A DNA stretch of 64,000 nucleotides from Octopus vulgaris (Eukaryota), in NCBI GenBank assembly GCA_951406725.2, contig OX597823.1, positions 59,148,001 through 59,212,000 on the forward strand, in the 5' to 3' direction. Shown piece after piece: positions 13,641-26,599 of this stretch. The position numbers and the translations under genes were made by a program. The notes beneath the pieces are model-generated. The model did not search any database and was not told where the DNA came from. It saw only the letters and a list, made by a program, of their open reading frames with translations. How positions within the stretch are numbered: the first letter of the stretch is position 1; every line of letters begins with the position of its first letter.

Positions 13641-13740
13641 TCTTCACTACCCCGAAGAGAATATTACATTGTTTTACACCATTTTATTCCTTTGGAATAA
13701 TACCAATGATAAATTCGAAACATGTGTCGGAAGTAAAAGA
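13641..13740 (+). ncRNA. Type I hammerhead motif (inverted copy, core CCGAAGA)
   Basis: Mirror of 13241-13338; helix II GAAU..CAUUG / CAAUG..AUUC. Confidence 0.55.
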
Positions 13741-14692
13741 ATTTGAATAACACCTGCGTTTAACTCCATTTGTAATTATGACTGTGTATATCTATTTGTT
13801 TTATTTCATGAATCCAACTACTTATATGATCTGATACATTTTAATATTTTGTAATTTTATTAGGGAACACATCCCAAATGTAACCACCGAATCAAGCTAG
13901 ACCCCAGATTTTCATTGTTAGTACATTCGATATTCATTTCTGTAGAACTTCAGGTGTATTGTCTGCTACAGTTATATATTCTCCCCCCCCCCACACACAC
14001 ACTTTTTTTTTACCTGTGTGTGACTCTCAGACAAATATACAAGCACAACATTCTTCGTAAAGACGTTCAACATCTAATGTGGTTTATTCAAAGAGAACCA
14101 TGAACCGAAAATTAAGGGACATTATTATTTTATTTTGCACCTATCGCATTAAATCGATGGAATCTTTCATTTTTTTTCATTTTATATTATATTTTTTATT
14201 GAATGTTTTTGGCTTGTCATAATCTTCAATATACCACGAATTTTTTTTTCAGAAAATGTAGATGCATACTTTTCATCAACACTGGCATATATTGCTATCA
14301 GTTTGTGATACGAAGAACACTCTTTTATTATTCCGATGTCTGTAAGAGAGAAAAGAAAAAAAATTCAGTGATGGACTTGTGGATTTATATCAATAGAATT
14401 TATCATTTCATATATTTCTATGGTTCTGACACAAATATTATAACAATAGTGTAGAGATAACATATCGAATGCACACAGAAATTATTGTTAGAGATTCAGC
14501 CTTCCAAATTATTGCTCTAGTTCACTTTCACAATGATGCTTGCCAATCGCTGCAAGCTACCAATTGAAGATATGTTGTCCATCTCTAAGGACGGATATGT
14601 ATGTGTGTCTCTATGTGTGTGAGTGTATGTGTGTCTGTGTCTGTGTGCTCACGTGTGTGTATGTATTCGTGTATGCGTTTAAGTGTATGTAC

Positions 14693-14766
<74 letters not shown>

Positions 14767-14805
14767 TTATATATATATAAGTATATACACACACAAACAC
14801 ACACA

Positions 14806-14841
<36 letters not shown>

Positions 14842-16191
14842 GTTGTATATATTTATACATACATACATGCATGCAAGTATATGTATATGTGTGTAAATTA
14901 TTATTTATATACTAGCATATGTATAGCCTGAATACTACTGCCAAAGGCGACACTAACCAGATATCAGTTATAGATGGCATACGATGATAAGAATATTTGC
15001 CAAGTATTTTACTATGGACACTGGTTTTATTTTAGATTGATGAGTGGTCATAGCTGTTGAGAAATCATCTAAGGAAACTTCTTTGCGTAAACATGTCATT
15101 ATTAAATGCAAGCAAAGCTAGAAACTCTATGAAAATTGGTGAAATAATTGAAATTTTCACTTAAGAGAAAATGTCAACCTCGCCATTTAAACATATAAAT
15201 ATAAATCGAGAGAGCTGTACATTTTCTGTGGTGACATTTACTAGGCATTTCTAATGCACCAGAGAGTCCATTAAGACTGGAATGGTGTCTGGAGGGCTCG
15301 AAGCTTTATTAGACTTCTACAGAAGAAACGAAAAGTATATAAACACAAAAACAAAATATGTACATACATAAAAAAAAATATAAATATTCCCTTGTAAATG
15401 GTGTATCCAACAATGAGATATGGATGTATAAAGGTCATAATAATAATTTACGTTATTTTACTCTTCGAATGTGTTGAGTGTAATGCATTTCATTCATACT
15501 GAAAAAGAATGTTCTAAAAATTGTCGTCCCCGTATTCACTACTATGTTATCATCATATGTCATATCAGATAGCATTTTCAAAGTTATTTACTATCTGGTG
15601 CATTTTATGAAATATGAGCCAAAATGCACTTAACGGTCTTTTTGTTTAGATCAAAACCTGGTGAAAGTATATGAATTATCGCAAATCTGCTGCAACTACA
15701 TCGCCTACTGTTGCTGTTATTGATACTGTAATAGAAGTAGTAGTAGTTGTAGTAGTTGTTGTCGTTGATGTTATATTGTTATTGCAGAGACCTGCAGTTA
15801 GGACTGCATGATCAGATAGATCTAGAGTAGAAAAACGGCTAATCATGTCGTGTATTCGATATGCATTTCTAACCATGGCCATAATACCATTTCCCTTTTT
15901 GGCTATCCTGTACAGACGATTTACTTTACTTAAAAAATAAAATATGTGCAATTCTAATTTTAAAGACGCTAGATGTATGTTTTAAGATTTAGCTGAAATA
16001 TCACGTACGACGATTAGCTATACAAAAGTTTCCTCAATGGCCCTTAGTAAAATCTGTTGCTGCACATGTCCTAATATTTAGCCCAGGGTAACAATAATCG
16101 AAAAAATTATTAAAAGACATTCCGTCTGTGACCATCCTGTTTATTTAAATGTGTATCGAATACTATATTAATCCAATGTGTCCTTTTCTTA

Positions 16192-16982
16192 TATCAGGTT
16201 ATCCCATAAGTTCTGTCCGAATTTTGAATAAAGAAAACAAGTGAACAAATGGTATATTTAATTGGAAATTTAATCTTCAATGTACTTTCCATGATTATCT
16301 ATGACTTCCTTCCATCTATTTACAAGCTTTTTAATCCCATCAATGTAAAACTCTGCAATGTCAGTTTCGACCTCATCATGGCTTGTGAAAGTTATGTCCC
16401 CAAATGATTCTGTAAACTACGAAACAAATGGTAGTCTGAAGGAGCAAAGTTGGAAGAATAAGGTGGATGAGGAATTTTTTCCTAACCAAGCTCTTCGATC
16501 TTCTGTGAAGTGATCTTTGCAGTGTGGGGTCGCGCATTGTCCTGATGAAACATCATTCCTTTTCGATTCACTAAAGCGGGTCTTTTTTCTTCAAAGCTTG
16601 GTTCAAACGCTTTAATTGTTGACAGTAGACTTGAGCATTGATTGTTGCATTAGGTGGTAACAATTCAAAGGGAATTACTCCTTTGCAATCCCACCAAATA
16701 GAGAGAAGAACCTTTTCCTATGACGTTTCCTTCTCGGTTGTGGTCGAGCATTTTCCTTTTTACCAAGATAGAAATGTTAAACGATACTTCCATGTTAGAA
16801 AGGGTTTTAATCAAAGAAATTTTAATTCTATTATTCTGTAAAATAATATTTAATTAGTTTCAATGTACACAAATGCATAAAAATAATTTTTAACTCCATT
16901 TGACATTCTAAAATACTATTAAATTTCATCCAATTTTAAATTTAAAGGTAAAATCGGACAGAACTTATGGGATGACCTGATA
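16192..16982 (-). mobile_element. Internally deleted mariner (Tc1/mariner) DNA transposon
   Basis: 29-bp TIRs TATCAGGT(T/C)ATCCCATAAGTTCTGTCCGA, TA target duplication, and transposase remnant WDCKGVI...HQDNARPHTA...HPPYSSNFAPSDYHLF. Confidence 0.93.
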
Positions 16983-18255
16983 TATTCGAATTAATGCATT
17001 CATCATGTTATAGTCACAGTTCAAACGTATCTTTCGGACTTCTTTGGATGTTTATTGCTTCGGTATTGTTCCCGAACTTCAGAACAGTGCCTCTTTTATT
17101 AAATCTATAGGAGATAGTTTGTTCTCATCCCTTTGTCCATGACAGGCATATTCCCTTTCTAGTAATTCTCCTACGTGAGATGTCACCTGCTTCTAATAAG
17201 AGAGAATATATATAATTTTTTGATTGAAAGAATGAATGAAGTCGGGCCCACTAGCTTAACTACTATATTTAGGCTTATATTTGCTATTTCATTGTCTCGT
17301 AGAGGCAGAAATAAGGAGCTTTAAAACCAACTTTTCTCCCAGGCTCGTAGGTGTAATGCTCTTTTCATTTTTAGTTAAAGATTCCTGTATGATTTTAATC
17401 TGTGTACTAAACTTACTGAGAGGGTTATCAAAGCCCCAAGTTATGCGCTCGTTCCTTACTTACGTTAGTAGGGTTATAATTTGAGGGAGATTTGGGCGTT
17501 ATTTCTTGTAAGTCGTGTGGTGATATACAAACAATATTGGACTGGCAGAATAGATAAAGTAACATGGGCACAAAATCACTGTCATATTTTAGTTATTTCT
17601 CTCCATGTTCTACTCGTTGTTTCAAAGCAGAATTGAGTTCGTTGTGATTTTTGTCTTCAATAGGGTTGGGGTGAAATTCATACCAGAGAAGTTACAAATG
17701 TTGATTTAATCATATAGGTACTCATCCTCTCAATCCCCAAATTTTAGGACATGTTCTAATGTTATTTTCAGACTTTTTCACAAGGCCAGCAACTGGCACT
17801 TCTTTTATCGACTCTGAAAGGATGAAAGGCAAAGTCGACCTCGGTAGAATAAGAACTCAAAACGTAAAGGCGGACGAAATGCCGCTAGGCCCTTTGACTG
17901 TCATACTAACGATTCTGCCAGGCTTCTGCCTTATAGTATTTGTTCAAATATTGAAATTTATTACGGCTGGCATCGTTGTTATATTATAATTATTGCTATC
18001 TTTGCTATTATTGTTGTTCATTTCATGTCGCTTCTCCGCAGATATTCAGGCTACACATCCACCCAGGAAAGCGCTTTCGATTTATTCCTCTTTTATTAGT
18101 ACGATTTATTGTGAACCATTTTCCCGCCGAATTTCCATCATAAGCCTCTTGCCTAACGTATCGCTTTGATGTATCGAACAGGAAACCATACGGGTTTTAC
18201 AGTGACTTATTAACAAAGCGATGCAATTATTTTTTTGAACATATTTAAAATAAGT

Positions 18256-18629
18256 GGATGGAAGCACTCCGTCGGTTACGACGACGAGGGTTCCGGTTGA
18301 TCCGATCAACGGAACAGCCTGCTCGTGAAATTAACGTGTAAGTGGCTGAGCATTCCACAGACACGTGTACCCTTAAAGTAGTTCTCGGGGATATTCAGCG
18401 TGACACAGAGAGTGACAAGGCTGGCCCTTTGAAATACAGGTACAACAGAAACAGGAAGTAAGAGTGAGAGAAAGTACAGCAGGGATCACCACCATCCCCT
18501 GCCGGAGCCTCGTGGAGCTTTAGGTGTTTTCGCTCAATAAACACTCACAACGCCCGGTCTGGGAATCGAAACCGCAATCCTATGACCGCGAGTCCGCTGC
18601 CCCAACCACTGGGCCATTGCGCCTCCACA
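18256..18629 (-). mobile_element. SINE family C with TSD
   Basis: Reverse complement of 60175-60560; TSD TAAAATAAGT at 18246-18255 / 18630-18639. Confidence 0.92.
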
Positions 18630-18806
18630 TAAAATAAGTAGCATTGTATACAAGGAGAAAACTGAATTCGGGTCTGATCTTTACCAAGTGTGCACTACAA
18701 GAGTAAAAGTGGTAGTGGTGGTGGTGTTGGTGGTGGTAGTGAAATTGTATTCATCGTGAAAGAAAGCTCGGTTGCCGTCGTTGTTGTTTAGCCCCAGATC
18801 AACCCA

Positions 18807-18894
<88 letters not shown>

Positions 18895-18968
18895 GTCTGT
18901 CTCTCTGTTTGTCTATGTATTTTCTTATACATATATGTGTGTGTATATGCATACAGATATACATACAA

Positions 18969-19200
18969 GGCAGCGAGCTGGCAGAAACGTTAGCACACCG
19001 GGCGAAATGCTTAGTGGTATTGCGTCTGTCGTTACGTTCTGAGTTCAAATTCCGCCGAGGTCGACTTTGCCTTTCATCCTTTCGGGGTCGATAAATTAAG
19101 TACCAGTTACGCACTGGGATTGATGTAATCGACTTAATCCGTTTGTCTGTCCTTGTTTGTGCCCTCTATGTTTAGACCCTTGTGGGCAATAAAGAAACAG
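18969..19200 (+). mobile_element. SINE family B
   Basis: Matches 34878-35099. Other plus-strand copies at about 2420-2632, 7752-7966, 28308-28490 and 62255-62405. Confidence 0.9.
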
Positions 19201-19828
19201 ATATACATACGTAAATACACGTACACACACATATGTTTGGAGAGAGAGAGGGTGAGAAAGAGAGAGAGAGAGAGAGAGTAAGAGAATGTGTAAGAGAGAC
19301 TTGCTTACACAGAGAAATAACAGCAACTCTCATTGCAAAGCTTTCGTAGAATCGAGATGGAAGTAACATCGATGTGTGCAACTGAAGTGAGAAACCTATC
19401 ATTTTGATATTCATTAACTACGTAGGAATCCTTACAACCATAAAGAAGAAGGTATACGTATTACATTTTTCACCTTTTTAATATTCTAGATTTCATATCT
19501 ATTAACACTTTTTATTATTTTTTTTCTTTTGTATAGAGTAGCAGTTAGAACTGCATACTAATTTAAGCCGAATAGTTTCTTTTTTTTTTAATAGAAATAT
19601 CATTATTTCTAATTCGCTCTAAAGGAGACTACGACAGCGGTACTGGATATTAACAGTTATCGCCAAGCTAATATGGCAGTCCAGAAAAATAGGACGAATG
19701 CTGCCGTTGATTAGCTCCAAAAGGCCATCGCCTCCAGCTAGCTGTCTATGTACCTTCTTATACACTGAATTTGGGTTAATAATCCTTCGAACAGTCGGTC
19801 AGCAGCGACGCCTGCTGGGTTCGGCTAC

Positions 19829-19871
19829 TCCATATTGATAAGAGGCAAATACTTCGAAACTAGTCTGTGGA
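19829..19871 (+). ncRNA. Type I hammerhead motif (mutated core) at the apex of a long hairpin
   Basis: UCCAUA UUGAUAA GAGG-caaaua-CUUC GAAAC UA GUC UGUGGA: helix I 6 bp, helix II 4 bp, palindromic ACUAGU helix III. Confidence 0.65.
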
Positions 19872-20437
19872 TACCAGACCAGCAAGGGGAAGCTGCTAAC
19901 CTCCCCTGTTCGAAGGTTATAATGGACACAGGTTTGTGTGTCACATAGCTAGCTAGAGGCGATGGCCTCTAGGAGCTAATCAACGGCAGCATTCGTCCTA
20001 TTTTTCTGGACTGTCATGTTAGATTGGGGATAAATATTAATATAGTTTTTTTTTAATTGTATTAAATCTATTGATATTTAAGGCTGGCTTTATTTTCATT
20101 CCTCGATGGGTATGGAAAAATGTATCAGCAATATATTGAAGCACGATTAACTGTATTCATCATTAGAATTATGACCATTGTGCATATCTGCGGAGAAGCG
20201 ACATGAAATGTACAACAATAATAGCAAAGATAGCAATAATTATAATATAACAACGATGCCAGCCGTAATAAATTTCAAGTGTATATATTTTAATATACAG
20301 ATAAGCACAAACACAACAGATTGAAGATTAACCCTCCTCTATATCAAAATAGTGAAAATATCCAGGTGCTGGTAGCTTCATTCTGGCCGTTTAATTTCGA
20401 TTTAAGGATCAGTCATAGTCTGCGCAAGTACTCCGCC

Positions 20438-22285
20438 TTAATTTTTTTCTGTTATTTCTTTCTCCACGAATTTATCCATTTCCAATATTCCCAAGCACTT
20501 ATAGTCCGTCTCTTCTATCTGCTTCATAACCTCCCGCGATGGCATCGCTAGCCCATCCATACATTTGATTTTGCCTCTCGTCAAGACTAACACACCACAC
20601 TTTTTCAGTCCGAAATCCATTCTGATATCAGCAATAAAAGTATACACCGTATCAACGAGGGAACTGATTCGGGATTCATCTTTACCATAAAGTTTGAGGT
20701 CGTCCATGAATAACAAGTGGTTGACTTTTTGTTGGCGGCTTTTGAATACATACTCAGCCTTTGATTTCCTCAGAATCAGTGTTAGTGGTAACATGCATAG
20801 CACAAAGATAAGTGGGGACAGGCAGTCCCCTTGGATGATGCCCCACCTGATTTATATTGTTCTTAAACTACTTCTGTATGCTGTCAGTTTCGTCCTCTAC
20901 TTCGCCATACTTTTTCCAAGCAATCGCTCAACATTCGATGCAATACCAAATAGGTTCATACATTCCATAATCCAAGAATGTCGGATCATATCGTACGCTT
21001 TACGATAATCCATCCATGACATGGCCAAGTTAGTTTTCCTCCTCTTACAGTCTCTAAGTACAGTTTTGTCTACCAGAACTTGATCCTTGGTACCTCTGCA
21101 CTTACGCTTGCAACCCTCCTACTCACGTGACATTTTTTTCCAGATGTCCGTAAATTAACTGCGACTATTCCAATCAATAATTTCCACATAAATGGCAAGC
21201 AGGATATCGGCCTATAATTGTCTATCGTGTTGCCTTTTTCGGTGTTTCTCAAGTACAGCACTGTCCTTCCCAGCGTCAACCACTCTGGTGTTACTGGGTT
21301 GGCATTTAACAAGGTGCTGAGCTGTGCAGCTATTCGTGCATGACATTCACCAAATCTCTTGATCCAGTAGCCTTGAATTCCATCTGGTCCCGGGGCCTTC
21401 CAGTTGCCCATTCTTTTTGCTGATTTCTTTCAATTCCTTGATTGAAATGACTAGTTCTGCCTGTTTTGGACAGACTATTTTTGTTTCATTTCTTACAACC
21501 ATTCAGCATCCTTCTTGTGAGCCTTGTCTTTGCTCCAGATGTCACTCCAAAACCTTTTACTTTCAATGTTATCTGGTATCAAGTTTTCATCTGTATAGTC
21601 TCCATTTATTTCTTTGTAGAATTTCTCCTGAAATCTACTCTGAATAACCTATTCTCCTGGTTACCCTTCGGTGGTATTTTACCATCTTCGCTTTCTTTGC
21701 AACAACGCGCTGTTTCGGTTCGTCTATTACCAATTTCAGGCCCTTTCTTTCAATATTATACTTCCTGTTCAGTGCCCTGTATTTGCGTTCACTTTTAAGC
21801 TCCCCCTTTCTCTTTTCGCGCTTACAAAGAAATGTCCTTCGATAGCTTATCTAACCCCGCTTGTATTCTTCTTTTCCACCGTGGATCTTTTCTTTTATCT
21901 CTCTCATTATAATCAGATAATCTCTGTTCCTTGAGTTGAGACAATCCTCTTTGTCTCCATTGATCACACATACGTTGTCGATATCCCCAAAGATGAACAC
22001 CATTTTCGTCTACAGCATTGATTTGTTCGTTACATCTACGCCGTATGTGCTGGTTCCTTGCTGGATGACGACAGGCTGGAGTCGGACCAGTATCTCTGAG
22101 CCTGCCGGGTGTAACACTGTCACTATCAGTTTCATTATCACCGTTATTCACAATATTTTGTTTTTTCATTGTCACTCACATAAAGTAGCGATCTTCAGGT
22201 TGCGTAATTACCAGTGATATTATTGTGACACTATCACTAGATATATCATCAACCAGAGCATAGGGAGATTCCAACCGCTTCCTTT
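20438..22285 (-). mobile_element. R4/Dong-type LINE, N-terminal and RT region, decayed
   Basis: GYRQRM...W...LKEQRLSD N-terminal block, WKAPGPDGIQGYWIK, NYRPISCL, QGD, HLLFMDDLKLY. Confidence 0.88.
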
Positions 22286-22739
22286 CATTATTATTATTAT
22301 CACTGATATTATTATTTTTAATTTTTACGACTATTTATCGTTGTTAATATTTCCTCTGATCCGACATGAGCTTTGGATAAATTATTATTATCATTATTAC
22401 CACCATAACCATTATTACCATCATTATTATTATTTCCAATTATTATTAAAAGGTATTATTGAATGTTGTTTAGTTTCAACTTTTGTCTTGTATTTGAGAT
22501 TATTATAAATTTTTGAATAATAGACCACCAGCTTTGACAGCGGCTGGACGTGTTCTTCACTACTCTGACCAGTCAGCAGGTGAAAACACAGAAGCATTAA
22601 TACAACCCAGCAGGAAAACTGAAAAATAACTCTCAAAGACTGGAATAACTACAATTTCCTGTGAGAATTTTTAATTTCGCTCAAAAATAAGTTAAGAAAC
22701 ATACATATCTACAGTTTTTGAACACAAAACGATCACCTG

Positions 22740-22792
<53 letters not shown>

Positions 22793-22876
22793 CATTATTA
22801 TTATAAGTAGTAGTAGTAGTAGCAGTAGTAGTAGTGGTAGTGTATATACATACATATACATGTGTATATATATATG

Positions 22877-22924
<48 letters not shown>

Positions 22925-23243
22925 TATATATATTATATATATATATATATATATACATACATATACATATACATATACAAGCATACATACATTTACGCAT
23001 ATAAGTGTGTGTGCGTGTGCGTGTTCATAATTTCCTGCTAAATGTCTTCAGATGGAAACGTTACAGATGTATGTTCAATTCTACTTTGGAACGTAAATCT
23101 AATAACTACGCTTTATTTCTATGTTATTCTTCGTGCTGTTATTTTCATTTTTATGTTTGCACATAAATACAATTTACGTGCATATAAATACATACATAGT
23201 TACATGTGGAGGTAGTGCATGTTCAAATATATTCATAAATATA

Positions 23244-23408
23244 GGCGCAGGAGTGGCTGTGTGGTTGGTAGCTTGCTAACCAACCACATGGTTCCGGGTT
23301 CAGTCCCACTGCGTGGCATCTTAGGCAAGTGTCTTCTGCTATAGCCCCGGGCCGACCAATGCTTTGTGAGTGGATTTGGTAGACGGAAACTGAAAGAAGC
23401 CTGTCGTA

Positions 23409-23477
<69 letters not shown>

Positions 23478-23701
23478 ATGTTTGTGTGTCTGTGTTTGTT
23501 CCCCTAGCATTGTTTGACAACCGATGCTGGTGTGTTTACGTCCCCGTCACTTAGCGGTTCGGCAAAAAGAGACCGATAGAATAAGTACTGGGCTTACAAA
23601 AAGAATAAGTCCCGGGGTCGAGTTGCTCGACTAAAGGCGGTGCTCCAGCATGGCCACAGTCAAATGACTGAAACAAGTAAAAGAGTAAAAGAGTAAAAGA
23701 G
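23244..23701 (+). mobile_element. tRNA-derived SINE family A, full length
   Basis: A box TGGCTGTGTGG, B box GGTTCAGTCCC, CORE-like (C)TTGGGCAAGTG block, internal (TA)n/(TG)n, CR1-like tail ending (GTAAAAGA)n. Confidence 0.9.
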
Positions 23702-24413
23702 TATATAAATTTATCTGCGTGTGTTTTTGAGTGGGAGCAAGCGTATGTGGGTGCGCAGATTTGCTCAGATTTACCTATATAAACTGGCCACATCTTTTCC
23801 ACTAAAAATCAGTAATCTCAAACGCTCGGTGAATAGAGTTCAATAAAATATACCACTAGGATCAATATAATCATGTGAAAGTCTTCTAAATGCTGGACCA
23901 GTAAGGACGTTGTCCAATGAGCGAAACTAGTGAAAGAATAAAAGAATATTTATGTTTTACAAATGTATATATTAATCACCTTTATATACTTGTGCAATAA
24001 TACGGTATTTCATATCGTATTGTAGTGTTTTATCATTCTGACCCTTATGGCAACGAAAGAAATTGTTATTATACTTACTAATACAGTTACTACCCAACTA
24101 TTATAGCCAGCTATTATGACAAAAGCAAAAAGAAGGATGATTATTTAATGATTTCGCTTATATTCTTCTCCTCTCACATATGCATACATATGCTGATGAA
24201 ATATTTAAATCTCTTGCTTGATAACAAGTTGAGACATTAATCCGGCTTAGAAAGGCCAGACAAGTTTTCCATTTAATCTACAGAAGATATTAATGTATTG
24301 TACGGTTGATGTTTTAGTTATTAGAGAAAGGAACTTGCTTCATGAAAGGTCCACTGAATGAAGATATAAACTTTTTGCATATACATACACACACAGCCAC
24401 ACATACACGCACA

Positions 24414-24499
<86 letters not shown>

Positions 24500-26599
24500 A
24501 ACACACATATGTATACATACATACAAATAACTCATCCATATATATTACACAGACACGCGCGTACACATATATCGAACAAAGTCCTGACATGGCGTATATG
24601 CGTGGATAAATTGTAAATAAATTTGTGTAATTTTAATAAATATAAATTTAGCTACGTTGTGTAAATATTCACACTCTGTAGTTAAACGAGAGGGCTCTCT
24701 CTCTCTCACTCACTCTTTCTCTCCCCCTCTTTCTCCCTCTCTCTTCCGCCCCCTCTGTCTGTCTGTCTTTCTGTCTGTCTCTCTCTCTCTCTCTCTCAAA
24801 TGAGTATGATTTAATAGCTTGTACAATTCTTTCGCTAATTAGTTTTGGTTCCAAGGAAGTCATGTGCAGGTGCAAACACATTCTTGATCCCATCATCTTT
24901 GTTCAAAAGGAACGTCCAGGATGTAACAACTGGAAAAAGTAAGAGCTCAATCAAAATTAGCCGGTATTCATTCCAGCTGAGTCTGAAATAACTAGAACTG
25001 CATAAAATGTAGTACTTTGTTAAAAACAAAGTGACACTCTATCCAGGAATAGAATCCACAGTGGCGAAAAAGCACTCTAACCACAAGATCACGCATGTTT
25101 ACTCAAAACATCTATAAATTGAATATGTTTTACACCGCAATGATACATATTCTATTTAGTTTCTTCTTAATGCAGGAATTGCTGTCATGAGATCTGCGTA
25201 TATCTCGTGAGATTATCGGTCTTTACCGGAAGTGTATCTGTCAAGAGTGCAGGCTTACCCGAAGTTCTTTTCGAAAGACTGGGACTTTGGCATGCATGCT
25301 AGCATGCCATCTCTAATCGAACTTGTCCATGGGAAAAACAGCGCCAAACAACTTAGGATCTTTGTCACAGTAAGTCTTACCGTCAGAAAGCCAAACAAGG
25401 GCGAAGATGCAACATAGTATCAGGTCCAACACTTTCAGACGGTCTAACACTTCTATCTATAAACAGACACACACACGCACGCACACACACAGGTAATTTA
25501 CCTGTGTGTGTGAAGGATATATATATATATACAAACATACATACATTTACACATATAGTTATATATAGATATATATATTTATATAGATATATATTTATAT
25601 ATATTATTATATATGTATTTATGTATATAGATATATATTTCTATAGCTATATACACAGATACATGTATATATACTTATATATATCTAAATAAGTATATAC
25701 ATATATTCACACACACATATATCCATATACATAATTACATATAATTTCATATGTATATATGTTATATCATTATATAATGCAATTAGTTATATAATTTCAT
25801 AGTTATATATGTGTGTGTGTGTTATGTTTATAAGCACATATGTACAAAGATTGCATATATGCATACACTGGGGATATGATAGTGGGAAATGTTTAATGAA
25901 AAGTGTGAGTAAAGAGGAACAATGACAATGTAAGAATCGACCATGTTTTCTGTTTTTATATATTGGAAAATGTAAATGAATACTTCAAATTTGGTAAACT
26001 ATGTGCTTTATACATAATGCAATGAAGTGATAATTGGAGTTATGTAGAAATATAATATAATGTAAAAAATATATATAATTTTGTACAATTCATATTTCGA
26101 TTGAAGAAGTTCGGTGCATGGTATTCAAATGTAGTAGAATTGGTATTATGATTGAAAAAATTCGCTGCATGTTAATGAAATATAAGTTAAGTTGCTTGTA
26201 TAAACCTGACTGTTCATATAAATTCTAAGAAATTATATTTTCTAGAAATGAGCTGTTATATATGTGACTAGATAAAGGAAGTTGGGACAAAAAGATCATT
26301 TGTATTTTTTATTTCATATTTATTTATTTATTTATTTATTTATTTCTATTTTGCACAGACCAAATTTTCAACGAACAAAATATCACAATCTTGAAGATTT
26401 AAAAACGAAAGTGAAGCAATCGGTGTAAGTAGTTTGTTTCCCAATCATGTGGTTTTGAATTCAGTCCCATTGGATAGCAACTTAGGCAAGTGGTTTCTGC
26501 TATAGTCTCAGGCTGATCAGAACATTGTGAGTGGATTTGGTAGAAGGAAGCTCAATGAGACCCGTCGTATATACACACACACATAAGGAAAGAAATGAA

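Larger units (their letters stand above)
17951..20278. repeat. 95-bp inverted duplication (arms 17951-18045 and 20184-20278)
   Basis: One mismatch by eye. Confidence 0.93.

Noticed and set aside
24856-24938. AG/GT-bounded possible exon (EVMCRCKHILDPIIF...)
   Set aside because: Short, weak splice context, no homology and no neighbouring exons; expected by chance.
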